A DNA stretch of 64,000 nucleotides from a virus, in the IMG/VR virus record IMGVR_UViG_3300025005_000002, positions 114,009-178,008 of that record; one strand, written 5' to 3'. A model generated the notes under the pieces. That model was given only the letters and a program-made list of their open reading frames with translations, was not told the origin of the DNA and made no database searches. The position numbers and the translations under genes were made by a program. This document shows positions 1-8,885 of the stretch, in pieces; positions within the stretch are counted from its first letter, which is position 1, and the number at the start of each line of letters is the position of its first letter.

Positions 1-58
1 TATCATTCTTCAAATAAAACGACCATAATATATATTATTTGTTAGTAGCTCATTATCT

Positions 59-646
59 ATGAGATATATACATATATTGTTAATGTACTCAATATTGGCA
101 ATGGGATGGTTTATACTGCCAAATTGTGGAAATGGAGGAGGTGGTAATACTCCAATTGATAATAGTGTGCCTATAGATAATATATGTATAATAGAGTTTA
201 CTCAAACTCCAGTGTATTCTGATAATACATTAATGAGTAGTACACCAGATAGAGAGATATCTGGGTATTATTTGTATGTGTGTCATATTATTAGCGGAGT
301 CCCAGGAAATATGGTATGGATTGCAGAGATTAATAATCCACTAAAATGGGAAAAGGATGCGTGGAGAGGATCATGGGACATCAGGAATCTCTTATATGAT
401 AACACTAGTCTAATTTATGGAACTAGTCCAGACGGATTAACAGCATTTTCTTTAAAAGCTGTGTCTATTAGAGTAGATGAAAAAGGCAATCCATTTGTTT
501 CAGATTTTAGTGTACCATGGGTTTATAGTATAACACCATACCCATTAGATAATCAAACTTTACATGAAGGAGATATTTATGCGACGGATATTAATGGTAG
601 TGGCCCTATTAATATGGACTTTGGGATTGGGGGTAACAATAAGTAA
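59..646 (+). CDS. Putative exported lipoprotein-like protein, possible FnIII-like beta-sandwich
   Basis: Hydrophobic N-terminus followed by LPNC-GNGGGG (lipobox-like Cys plus Gly linker); GYYLY and SLKAV...VSDFS resemble FnIII-like strands. Confidence 0.45.
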   Translation: MRYIHILLMYSILAMGWFILPNCGNGGGGNTPIDNSVPIDNICIIEFTQTPVYSDNTLMSSTPDREISGYYLYVCHIISGVPGNMVWIAEINNPLKWEKDAWRGSWDIRNLLYDNTSLIYGTSPDGLTAFSLKAVSIRVDEKGNPFVSDFSVPWVYSITPYPLDNQTLHEGDIYATDINGSGPINMDFGIGGNNK

Positions 647-971
647 TGCAGAAACTTTTCCCGTTGTTGTAGCGTCCATATATAATGATAATACTTCGTG
701 TGGTACTACTGCTATGACTGTGAAGGTTTATCAAGGGACATGTAAATCTGGTGTTGTGTTTGCTACCGGGCCTGCGTCTTGTGGTACAACTAGTAATATT
801 ACCAATGGTAGTTTAATAGCGTGCGGTACTGGGTCACATAATTATTATGCCACCGCTACTGTTGCTGCTGGCGGGACAGAAGGTGATTGTTCTGGAGTCA
901 AAGCATACGCGCCACCAGCGTGTTCAGCTACACCAGCTGCTCCATCTATTGGGAATATTATAAGGAAATAA
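579..971 (+). CDS. Putative secreted Cys-containing protein
   Basis: GAAGGAG RBS at 566-572 before ATG 579; signal peptide MRRILMVVALLIWTLGLGVTISNA; several Cys; overlaps the upstream ORF by 68 nt. Confidence 0.6.
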   Translation: MRRILMVVALLIWTLGLGVTISNAETFPVVVASIYNDNTSCGTTAMTVKVYQGTCKSGVVFATGPASCGTTSNITNGSLIACGTGSHNYYATATVAAGGTEGDCSGVKAYAPPACSATPAAPSIGNIIRK

Positions 972-1261
972 TGGCTGATACGTCAAATAATCCTTGGTAT
1001 CCATCGCCAGAATTTCTGGCTCAAGCAGGGCATGTGTTGCTTGGTATGCTTGCTGTGCTAGCACCACGTGCCCTGTGGGATGGATGGATGCCAGCCGCTG
1101 CTGGTACAGCAATGGTTTATATTTATATGTTGGTTAAAGAATTTTCATATGATATTTATATAGAGAAAGAAACTGTTGCTATTGGGTGGAAGGATATTGC
1201 GTATTTATCGGTTGGTACTATTACTAGTTGGGGATTGTTAATATATTTAGGACGTCTATAA
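971..1261 (+). CDS. Small multi-pass membrane protein
   Basis: TAATG stop/start coupling at 969-973; about three hydrophobic segments. Confidence 0.6.
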   Translation: MADTSNNPWYPSPEFLAQAGHVLLGMLAVLAPRALWDGWMPAAAGTAMVYIYMLVKEFSYDIYIEKETVAIGWKDIAYLSVGTITSWGLLIYLGRL

Positions 1262-1292
1262 TCTTATTTATCTTTTACGGCGGTAATTTTAT

Positions 1293-1343
1293 AGCGGGGT
1301 TGCCAAGTGGCTAAGGCGCTGGCCCCATAAGCTAGTCATCGCA
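1293..1343 (+). pseudogene. 3'-truncated tRNA-CAT copy A
   Basis: AGCGGGG, D arm GCC..GGC, anticodon arm CTGGC-CCCATAA-GCTAG, then breaks off 3 nt into the T stem; no T loop or acceptor 3' strand. Confidence 0.7.
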
Positions 1344-1350
1344 AAAGAAA

Positions 1351-1407
1351 TGCGGGCGAATCGGCCAAAGTGCAGATGCCAGCCTCATAAGCTGGATAGG
1401 TGGGTGG
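1351..1407 (+). pseudogene. 3'-truncated tRNA-CAT copy B
   Basis: TGCGGGC, D arm ATC..GAT, anticodon arm CCAGC-CTCATAA-GCTGG, GTGGGTG then an AT-rich spacer; no 3' T-stem strand or acceptor 3' strand. Confidence 0.6.
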
Positions 1408-1416
1408 TAATAAAAT

Positions 1417-1491
1417 TGCGGGGTCGCCAAGTGGTAAGGCACTAGCCTCATAAGCTAGTTATCGAGCGTTCGAATCGCTCCCCCGCAACCA
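1417..1491 (+). tRNA. tRNA with CAT anticodon (Met, or Ile2 if lysidine-modified)
   Basis: Full cloverleaf: TGCGGGG/CCCCGCA acceptor, GCC/GGC D stem, CTAGC-CTCATAA-GCTAG anticodon arm, GAGCG-TTCGAAT-CGCTC T arm, encoded ACCA end. Confidence 0.95.
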
Positions 1492-1509
1492 AATATAGTG
1501 GGGTGAATT

Positions 1510-1970
1510 ATGAAAGAAAGGTACAAGAAGTCTAATGAAACAAAATACAAACAATTAGGTGTCCATGCAAGTACTGCTAGATATCAATTGACCAAGATAA
1601 TGTTGTTGCATTACGCCAAGGAATGTGGGGAAGATAAATGTTATAGATGTGGCTTACCAATAGAATCGCCAAATGATTTAAGTATTGATCATAAAATACC
1701 GTGGTTACATAATAGCAAAGAATTGTTTTTTGATATAAATAATATCGCATGGTCACACAAGAAATGTAACAAAACCGACAGAACTGGGCGCAAACAAAGT
1801 AAAGAGGGATATTCATGGTGTATGACTTGCAAAAAGAATTAAAATTAGAGGCATTTAATAAAAAAGCAACACGTTGGAATGGTGTAGATTTTGAATGTAA
1901 GGTGTGTAAATCTAAAAGAATGAAAGAATTTCAACCAAGAAGAAAAGATAGAGGTAAAATATTTAAATAA
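1510..1970 (+). CDS. HNH endonuclease with a frameshifted C-terminal zinc-finger (in-frame ORF 1510-1842; -1 frame continues to 1970)
   Basis: CYRC...LSIDHKIPW...NIAWSHKKCN HNH motif; -1 frame after TGC AAA AAG gives KKELKLEAFNKKATRWNGVDFECKVC. Confidence 0.75.
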
Positions 1971-1987
1971 TTATCGAAGGAGGTAAT

Positions 1988-2302
1988 TTGTCTGCCCAAT
2001 TAGAGTTTATAGATGCGCAACATTTTTTACTTGCTTTTCATGAGATGGTTGGTATGATGGCCGATGATAGACCCGGTGATAATGATCCAATATTTGCATG
2101 GGTAACATTTAATTCCTGTGTGAAATTATTAAATATTCTTGGTGCTGTTGATGGCAATATGTTAAAATTAATACTTAAAATTAAAAGACCAACAAATGAT
2201 GATGAGGATGATCAAGAAAAATATTTGCGTAAAATGTATGATATAAGTGAAAAAATGTTAAATTTAGTTGGATGGCCACAAGATATAAGTGTGGAGGAGT
2301 GA
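1988..2302 (+). CDS. Hypothetical protein
   Basis: AAGGAGGT RBS before a TTG start; 104 aa. Confidence 0.55.
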   Translation: MSAQLEFIDAQHFLLAFHEMVGMMADDRPGDNDPIFAWVTFNSCVKLLNILGAVDGNMLKLILKIKRPTNDDEDDQEKYLRKMYDISEKMLNLVGWPQDISVEE

Positions 2303-2306
2303 GATT

Positions 2307-2585
2307 ATGAATGTGGGGTTATTTCTTAAAAAATATTATAAATTAATTGAGGATATTAATTCAGCTGATGTGGATAGTGTAGACGCATTTTATACAAAGG
2401 TGTATACCGAAGTATTTGATTATATGGCTGACTATTATAATTTTATAACTGAATATTCAGATGAAACAGAAGGTGACCACGCCATACAAGCAATGCATAG
2501 GTTAATAAGGAAATTAAATTTGCCAGTGAAGGAATTTAAGGTTCCAAGTTTGGCACTTCACATTTTTTATAATGAGGGTATATAA
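2307..2585 (+). CDS. Hypothetical protein
   Basis: GGAGGAG RBS before ATG 2307; coupled to the upstream gene. Confidence 0.55.
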   Translation: MNVGLFLKKYYKLIEDINSADVDSVDAFYTKVYTEVFDYMADYYNFITEYSDETEGDHAIQAMHRLIRKLNLPVKEFKVPSLALHIFYNEGI

Positions 2586-2632
2586 TTTTGTTTCAAGAAA
2601 TGTTAAATTTGAGAATAATGGGGGTGGTCGGC

Positions 2633-3146
2633 ATGATTTATCTAATTGCTGACACGCATTTTCGGTCACTTTAACATTATTAGGTATTGTGGTAGGCCTT
2701 TTGCATCTGTTGATGAGATGAATGGGAGGATGGTTCATAATTGGAATTCAGTCGTTACTCCAGAAGATACTGTGTATCATTTGGGAGATTTTTCTTTAGG
2801 ATCTGCTGAATTGGTTAGGAACTATCGATATAGATTGGTAGGTAATATTGAATTAATATTTGGTAATCATGATCATAGATCTATTGGGTTTTGGGATAAA
2901 TTGGGTATTAAGGCTCATAAAAAACCAATAATTGTTGATGGTATGTTATTTAGTCATGCCCCAATAATGCACCCAGAATTGCCAAATGTTCATGGGCATA
3001 CACACCAGAATAATACTAATATTGAGGGTACCCATATATGTGTGTCTGTGGAGCAAATTGATTACACACCAATTTCTCTCGATAAGGTTAAAGAAAGGAT
3101 AGCTCATGCGCAGCAAATGGTTGTGGATGTCGAGGATACAGGATAA
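2633..3146 (+). CDS. Calcineurin-like metallophosphoesterase with a +1 frameshift near codon 10
   Basis: MIYLIADTHF (ATG 2633) plus +1-frame GHFNII reconstitutes the DxHxxH motif; later LGDFS, GNHD and HGHTH motifs. Confidence 0.85.
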
Positions 3147-3279
3147 GTTATCAGTAGCAGATATTAGTGTATTTGACGTTGCAATGTATTTCCCGGAGTC
3201 AATAAATATAGCACAAAGAATCTGGGTATTAAATCGTTATATTGGTGCGATGAAAGATCGCCCAGAATTTAATAAGTAG
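3127..3279 (+). CDS. Small hypothetical protein (50 aa, not in the ORF track)
   Basis: ATG 3127 to TAG 3279 (MSRIQDKLSV...EFNK) fills the gap up to the terminator hairpin. Confidence 0.4.
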   Translation: MSRIQDKLSVADISVFDVAMYFPESINIAQRIWVLNRYIGAMKDRPEFNK

Positions 3280-3330
3280 TGCCCCGCCTCTACCAGAATA
3301 TCGGTAGGGGCGGGCATTTCATCTGTTTTT
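3280..3330 (+). terminator. Intrinsic terminator-like hairpin
   Basis: TGCCCCGCCTCTACC / GGTAGGGGCGGGCA stem of about 14 bp with one bulge, followed by TTTCATCTGTTTTT. Confidence 0.65.
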
Positions 3331-3342
3331 GGGGTAAATTGT

Positions 3343-4029
3343 ATGATTGTGATGTCTAGACAAGCAAGGGTCCTTCTGTCTAAAATTCAAGAACAATGTC
3401 CTATGGTTCAGTATGAGGTAACAGATGTAGAATGGTATGCACATAGTTTTACGATTTCGTTGTTATGCAGTTGGTGGAAGGTAAAAAAGAAGATTGAAGG
3501 TGGTGTTGGCGATACCCATACATGGTATCTCCCAGTAGTAGGATCGCAGGATTATATTTCATTAGTCGGGCATATAATTAGATTAGGTGGGAAGATTAAG
3601 CAAGCAAATTTGGATTGGTCAAATAACCACAGGCAAGTGTATCATTATCTATGTGCGAATATTTTAACATGTGATTTTAATCTTAATGAATTACGTACTA
3701 TTTTAGATATTGGATCAGAATTTAATATCCAAGATGTACAACAGGCAGCAGATAAAACACGTGGTGTAACTGGTGGTGATAATATATCTTACCTTTTGGC
3801 GGTATTACAACGTAATAAGCAAGCCAAAGATATAAAGGCGCAGAGGGTATCAGAAGCGATAAATTTATCCCAAAGGTGTTTGAAGAAGATAAGTTCAAAG
3901 CGTAGTGGTGCATTAGATGTTACGTTAATGAAAATATCATTTTCAGATGCTAGGGAAACTCAAGAAGTGATGAGGAGAATGAATGCAATTCAGAGATCTT
4001 TCGGGAGCAATAGAGTTAGTAAAAAGTAA
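3343..4029 (+). CDS. Hypothetical protein, possible DnaD-like helicase loader/initiator
   Basis: Directly upstream of the primase-helicase; DVQQAA...NISYLLAVL resembles the DnaD C-terminal motif. Confidence 0.35.
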   Translation: MIVMSRQARVLLSKIQEQCPMVQYEVTDVEWYAHSFTISLLCSWWKVKKKIEGGVGDTHTWYLPVVGSQDYISLVGHIIRLGGKIKQANLDWSNNHRQVYHYLCANILTCDFNLNELRTILDIGSEFNIQDVQQAADKTRGVTGGDNISYLLAVLQRNKQAKDIKAQRVSEAINLSQRCLKKISSKRSGALDVTLMKISFSDARETQEVMRRMNAIQRSFGSNRVSKK

Positions 4030-6622
4030 GATAAGCCTTTTAGATTTAGTCAAACAACATACTGGTGAAGAAGGTAAAATCCAAGGTTTGAATATTAGTT
4101 TCGCATGTCCGTTCCATGCTGAGCATGACCCATCATTCAAGGTAAATATAGCAGGTGAAATACACGAACATTTCTTTTATTGTTTTGGGTGTAAGCGTGG
4201 CGGTAGTATTATTGATTTTATTCAGTTTGCAGAAGGTATAGAAGTAGTTGAGGCCACTCAGCTACTAGCAGAACGCCACGGTGTTGATCTCACTCCCTTC
4301 CTAGATGATTCGCAAGATCCCCGCCGATCTTTCTTAGCAAAAATCAATCAAGCAGTTGTTGATGTATGCCATGAAGCACTACTCGGGAATCTAGGTGCTT
4401 CATCTGTATTTATGATAGAGAGCCGGAAAATAGATATTGAGACCCTAAAGCTATTTAAAATTGGTTACACGGTGTCTACACAGTGGTTGCATGAGAGTAT
4501 AACCAAAAAATTAGGTGTAACTATCTCATATTCAGATTTAAAGGATATTGACCTATGTAATCCAATGATGTGGGATAATGCGATTGTGTTCCCAGTGTTT
4601 AGTAGTAGTGGGCACGCAACACACTTCTATACTAGGCCATTTTCTGGTAGTGTAAAATATGTTGGGACATCGTCAAATTCTCAGTTATATAGTGAAGATT
4701 CAATATATGGGTTACATATAGCTAGGAAATCGTTACGAGAAAATGGTTATAAATTGAATGTTGTAGAAGGCCAAATTGATCTGTTGCAGATGTATTCACA
4801 TGGGTTTAAGAATACTGTTGCGGCTTGTGGCTTATCCAAATATACATCGTCGGTATTTATTAATGCGATTTCCAAATATAAAGTGAATGAGGTGGTGCTT
4901 ATACCAGATGGAGATGAGCCTGGTAAACGAGAATTGATTAAGATTGCAGAAGATTTTACTGTTTATGGTAATATATTTGTGTCTTTTGTTGTTTTGCAAA
5001 ACGGAGACCCAGATGAAATACTTAAAGAATTTGGTGCATCTGGGATTAATAATTATATTGTCAATAATATACATCCCATACATTTTTATATTGATAATGC
5101 TTACAACACGAATGCTGGGCTTTCGGATGAAATAAAATTTCTTGATGTGGTATGTAAGTATATTAATAAATTTAGTACTGTTTATCGTGAGATGGCATCT
5201 AAACATATAGAAATTAAGTATGGTATACATGATGCATTAGATTATTTTATTACCTACTCGTTAAATCCTAGAGATATTCATGACAAAGAATCAGAAGCAA
5301 CCATTATTAAATTAATGGTAGAAGACAAAGAATTTGCTTATACTGTACGACATGAAATCGGTGAGCATGAATTTTATGTGCGCAATAATGCAGATATCTA
5401 TAAAACTATCTGTGCTTGTTTGACTAAATATGGTACAGTTTCAGAAGAAATTTTAATTAGTGTACTTAAAAAACCACTCCAACAGTACTGGGGTACGTTG
5501 CAGAAACACAATCTTGATATAGAATTTTGTATTCAGCAAGTTAAAGAATTATTTATGAGACGTAGTGCTAGCAAGGTAGCGGTTAGATTGTTGGCAGAGT
5601 CCATGGATATAGATAAATCGGTAGATGTGATTATGCAGGAACATCGTGCAGCAATAGTAGAGATTAATGATCGTCGTAATACGATGGTAACATCATCAAC
5701 GCAAGATTTGGCGGATCGGTTTTCAGAGTTATACATAGAACGTGCTCAGTCTGGTAAGACTATTTTAGGTACGCCACTTAGTAATAGGTGGGCCACACTC
5801 AATACAGCATGGTCTGGGTTGGAGCTTGGGTATGTCCATATGGTGGCTGCTCATACTGGTGTGGGGAAGACTTCGGTGGCGGTTAATTGGTTTAATGATG
5901 TAATTACACTATCTCAGGAACCAGCATTGTTTATATCGGCAGAAATGTCTAGGGATGACATTTGGACAAGGATGATGTCTATACATTGTGGGTTATCAAA
6001 TACAATGATTAGACTTGGTAAATACCCACCAAGTTCTGTTGAATGGGAAAAGATGATGGAATCGTTTAAGGTTTTACGTGCAGCGCCAGGGTATGTTATT
6101 GTGCCGAATAATTTTACAATATCAGAGATTATGGGTATAATAGAATACCACAGACTTAAATTTGGATGTAAACATGTATTTATTGATTATGTCCAATTAA
6201 TTAAGGCTGATAATAGAGCTGGTAAGAAGTGGGAAGTTCTTGATGTAGCTAGTTCATTATTACAGAATAGGGCCATGAGTTCACGAGATCCAATATGTAT
6301 TGTCACAGTAGCACAACAGAATAAAGATAAATCTGAGATATTCGGGTCGGTTGAAGGTGTCGGTGGTGCGTATAAGCTAAGCCAAGATGCCGCGAAGGTG
6401 GTAATTTTAACTGAGAAATCTAATGAAGAGATTAATAGATTTGGTGGGAAACGTGGGAATATTACAATGAACATAGATAAAGTACGTATGGGCCCGTCTG
6501 GGATTATTGTAGATATAATGTATGATAAAGATCCCAATTTGGGATCACTTAAGGCTGGTGAAGCAGCCAATTGGGATGGGGAGATCAATCTTAATATAGA
6601 GATTGTGCCTGTCTATACCTAG
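3983..6622 (+). CDS. DnaG-type primase fused to a DnaB-type replicative helicase
   Basis: CHC2 zinc finger CPFH...CFGC; TOPRIM VEG..D and DGD; helicase Walker A AHTGVGKT and FIDYVQL. Confidence 0.92.
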   Translation: MQFRDLSGAIELVKSKISLLDLVKQHTGEEGKIQGLNISFACPFHAEHDPSFKVNIAGEIHEHFFYCFGCKRGGSIIDFIQFAEGIEVVEATQLLAERHGVDLTPFLDDSQDPRRSFLAKINQAVVDVCHEALLGNLGASSVFMIESRKIDIETLKLFKIGYTVSTQWLHESITKKLGVTISYSDLKDIDLCNPMMWDNAIVFPVFSSSGHATHFYTRPFSGSVKYVGTSSNSQLYSEDSIYGLHIARKSLRENGYKLNVVEGQIDLLQMYSHGFKNTVAACGLSKYTSSVFINAISKYKVNEVVLIPDGDEPGKRELIKIAEDFTVYGNIFVSFVVLQNGDPDEILKEFGASGINNYIVNNIHPIHFYIDNAYNTNAGLSDEIKFLDVVCKYINKFSTVYREMASKHIEIKYGIHDALDYFITYSLNPRDIHDKESEATIIKLMVEDKEFAYTVRHEIGEHEFYVRNNADIYKTICACLTKYGTVSEEILISVLKKPLQQYWGTLQKHNLDIEFCIQQVKELFMRRSASKVAVRLLAESMDIDKSVDVIMQEHRAAIVEINDRRNTMVTSSTQDLADRFSELYIERAQSGKTILGTPLSNRWATLNTAWSGLELGYVHMVAAHTGVGKTSVAVNWFNDVITLSQEPALFISAEMSRDDIWTRMMSIHCGLSNTMIRLGKYPPSSVEWEKMMESFKVLRAAPGYVIVPNNFTISEIMGIIEYHRLKFGCKHVFIDYVQLIKADNRAGKKWEVLDVASSLLQNRAMSSRDPICIVTVAQQNKDKSEIFGSVEGVGGAYKLSQDAAKVVILTEKSNEEINRFGGKRGNITMNIDKVRMGPSGIIVDIMYDKDPNLGSLKAGEAANWDGEINLNIEIVPVYT

Positions 6623-6659
6623 GTTACTTAATGATATAGTTAATACGATAAATTAGTAT

Positions 6660-7379
6660 ATGAAGACATGTACAAAATGTGGGATTAAGAAATCAAACTT
6701 TGGTAAAGATAAAAGAGCAACAGATGGATTACAATCACAATGTAGTGAGTGTAAGAATCAAGGAATATTTAAATATAGGAAGGCATCTGATTGGGCTAAT
6801 AAGGCATACAAAAAGAAGTTAATAAAAATATGTTCAAAATGTGGCGTGAAAAATCCTATATGTGGTTTTGGTAAGGATAGAAGGGCATCAGATGGGTTAG
6901 AATCAGAATGTAAAGAATGTAAGTCTAAAAGAAATATTGAGTATGAAAAGACGCCAAGATGTAAAGAAAAAAGACAGCGAAGAGATAAAGTTAAAAGGAG
7001 CGAATGCAGTAAAAGACATTATCAAAATAATATAGATCGTTATAGAAAGTGTAACGAGATGAGATACAACAAAAACAAAGAAGAGATATCAGAAAAACGA
7101 AAAATAACAAATAAATTATTAAAATTTGAGGTTATGTCCCATTATTCTATTATTATTGGTGTGCCGATATGTGCGCATAAATATTGTCAAATTACTGACA
7201 TTGATATGCTTTGTATTGACCACATTAATAATAATGGGAATAAACATAGAAAAGAAGAGGGTATTACTGGTGGAGTAAAATTGTATAAATGGTTAATCGA
7301 TAATAACTATCCTACTGAGTTTCAAGTATTATGTTGGAACCACAATATGAAAAAATACATGGAGTTAATAAACAAATGA
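6660..7379 (+). CDS. HNH-type homing endonuclease with two N-terminal zinc-finger repeats
   Basis: Two CxKC...FGKD.RA.DGL...CxEC repeats; C-terminal LCIDHINN...QVLCWNHN. Confidence 0.8.
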   Translation: MKTCTKCGIKKSNFGKDKRATDGLQSQCSECKNQGIFKYRKASDWANKAYKKKLIKICSKCGVKNPICGFGKDRRASDGLESECKECKSKRNIEYEKTPRCKEKRQRRDKVKRSECSKRHYQNNIDRYRKCNEMRYNKNKEEISEKRKITNKLLKFEVMSHYSIIIGVPICAHKYCQITDIDMLCIDHINNNGNKHRKEEGITGGVKLYKWLIDNNYPTEFQVLCWNHNMKKYMELINK

Positions 7380-7936
7380 ACAAATTTAAAAAGCTTCTCT
7401 GGGTTATTGGCCCTGCTGGAAGTGGTAAGACCACTATTTCAAAACAAATTGCCAGTATAGTAGGAGTAGAATTTATAAGTTCTGGAGACATAGTAAGAAG
7501 CTTGGCAGATGCTCATAAAGACCTGGCCAATGGTGACCTTTATTATAATGATGATGCAATTATGGGGGTCATAAATGATAGAATTAACACTACGTCTAGT
7601 CAGATTATTATTGTTGATGGGGTCCCAAGAACTAGTGGACAAGTCAGATGGATTAACGAAAACATGTCGAAATATTTATGGAGCGTGGTATATATTGACG
7701 CGCCTACGATTAAAAGAATCAAACGACTTATTAAAAGAGGTCGTGACGATTACGACAGTCACGATATAATATTAAAAAGGGTCTCTAAGGACGAGGATAA
7801 TATGAAATATATTGCCAATATGTGCCTTGAAGTGTTGGCCCCTAGTAAGATAAGATTTATTGATTCGATTATAGATGGGGATACTTCATTAGAGGTCGAT
7901 AGATTGCTTACATTACTTAGTACGATGGAGGGATAA
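7376..7936 (+). CDS. Adenylate kinase-family NMP kinase
   Basis: GPAGSGKTT P-loop, SSGDIVR, VDGVPRT; ATGA coupling with the upstream stop. Confidence 0.85.
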   Translation: MNKFKKLLWVIGPAGSGKTTISKQIASIVGVEFISSGDIVRSLADAHKDLANGDLYYNDDAIMGVINDRINTTSSQIIIVDGVPRTSGQVRWINENMSKYLWSVVYIDAPTIKRIKRLIKRGRDDYDSHDIILKRVSKDEDNMKYIANMCLEVLAPSKIRFIDSIIDGDTSLEVDRLLTLLSTMEG

Positions 7937-8419
7937 ATGGGAGTGTCGCTTTATTTAGCTGGTCCTGTTGATTTTAATGAAAGGACTTATTATGATATCA
8001 TAGATGGGCTTATCGTTGACGATGTTCCAGTTATTTTGTTTAGGCCTGGGATGGCGTTTAAGGTTAGAGGAGAAGCAGATCCAAAATATCTAGTTGATGT
8101 TAATATGGAAGCTATGATGCGTTCAGATATTGTGGTATTTTATTTGAATGCTTCAAAAACGTGTGGGATGTGGATGGAGTCTATCTGGGCATTAAATAAT
8201 AAAAAACGTATGATATTTTATGCAGAGCCTGGGGTTCGCTTGTCTTTATATACAAGATGGTTAGTTGGTCAGGTTCATTCTGAATGGATTACTGATATTG
8301 AGGAATTTGGAAAGGCTTTAAATAAACAAATTTCTCAGGTATATAGAAGTAGATTATTAGGTAATATCTTTGATGTATTACCTTTAGATGATACAGTTAC
8401 TTTATTGGAGGAGGGATAG
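7937..8419 (+). CDS. Nucleoside 2-deoxyribosyltransferase / N-glycosidase-like protein
   Basis: LYLAGP N-terminus, RSDIVV, GMWME pattern typical of the NDT superfamily. Confidence 0.65.
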   Translation: MGVSLYLAGPVDFNERTYYDIIDGLIVDDVPVILFRPGMAFKVRGEADPKYLVDVNMEAMMRSDIVVFYLNASKTCGMWMESIWALNNKKRMIFYAEPGVRLSLYTRWLVGQVHSEWITDIEEFGKALNKQISQVYRSRLLGNIFDVLPLDDTVTLLEEG

Positions 8420-8420
8420 G

Positions 8421-8885
8421 ATGAGTGATCGTTTATTGGTGAAGGTATTGGAAGATGCACCATTTAAACCACCCGAGTTGAGACCAGCAAAGCCCGGGGA
8501 TGTTGGTTTAGATTTAGCTGTGTGTATTAAGGAAGACCAGATGGTTATTTCTGCTGGGCAAATTATAGATATCCCATGTGGGATAGCGGTAAAATTGCCC
8601 TGGGGAACTTGGGCTGGTATCAAGTCGCGTTCGTCTACTTTTGCTAAGAAGAAATTGTTAGTAATTGAGGGGGTAATTGATGAAGATTATACTGGAGAGC
8701 TTAAAGTATTCATTCTTAACCCAAACAAATATGACGTTGTGATTAAAAGGGGTGAAAGGTTGGCCCAATTAATAGTATACCCAAAAGTCTCATTTAATGT
8801 GACTTATGTTGATGTATTGCCAAAGACAGAAAGAGGAGATAGTGGCTTTGGGAGTACTGGCGGGTTTGTGGGTGATTTAGTATGA
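8421..8885 (+). CDS. dut: Trimeric dUTPase
   Basis: GDVGLDL, RSS, GVIDEDYTGE, RLAQL, ERGDSGFGSTG motifs. Confidence 0.95.
   Translation: MSDRLLVKVLEDAPFKPPELRPAKPGDVGLDLAVCIKEDQMVISAGQIIDIPCGIAVKLPWGTWAGIKSRSSTFAKKKLLVIEGVIDEDYTGELKVFILNPNKYDVVIKRGERLAQLIVYPKVSFNVTYVDVLPKTERGDSGFGSTGGFVGDLV

Noticed and set aside
1293-1407. tRNA fragments as attP/attR integration scars
   Set aside because: Integration scars normally preserve tRNA 3' ends, whereas these are 5' portions, and no integrase is present in the window.
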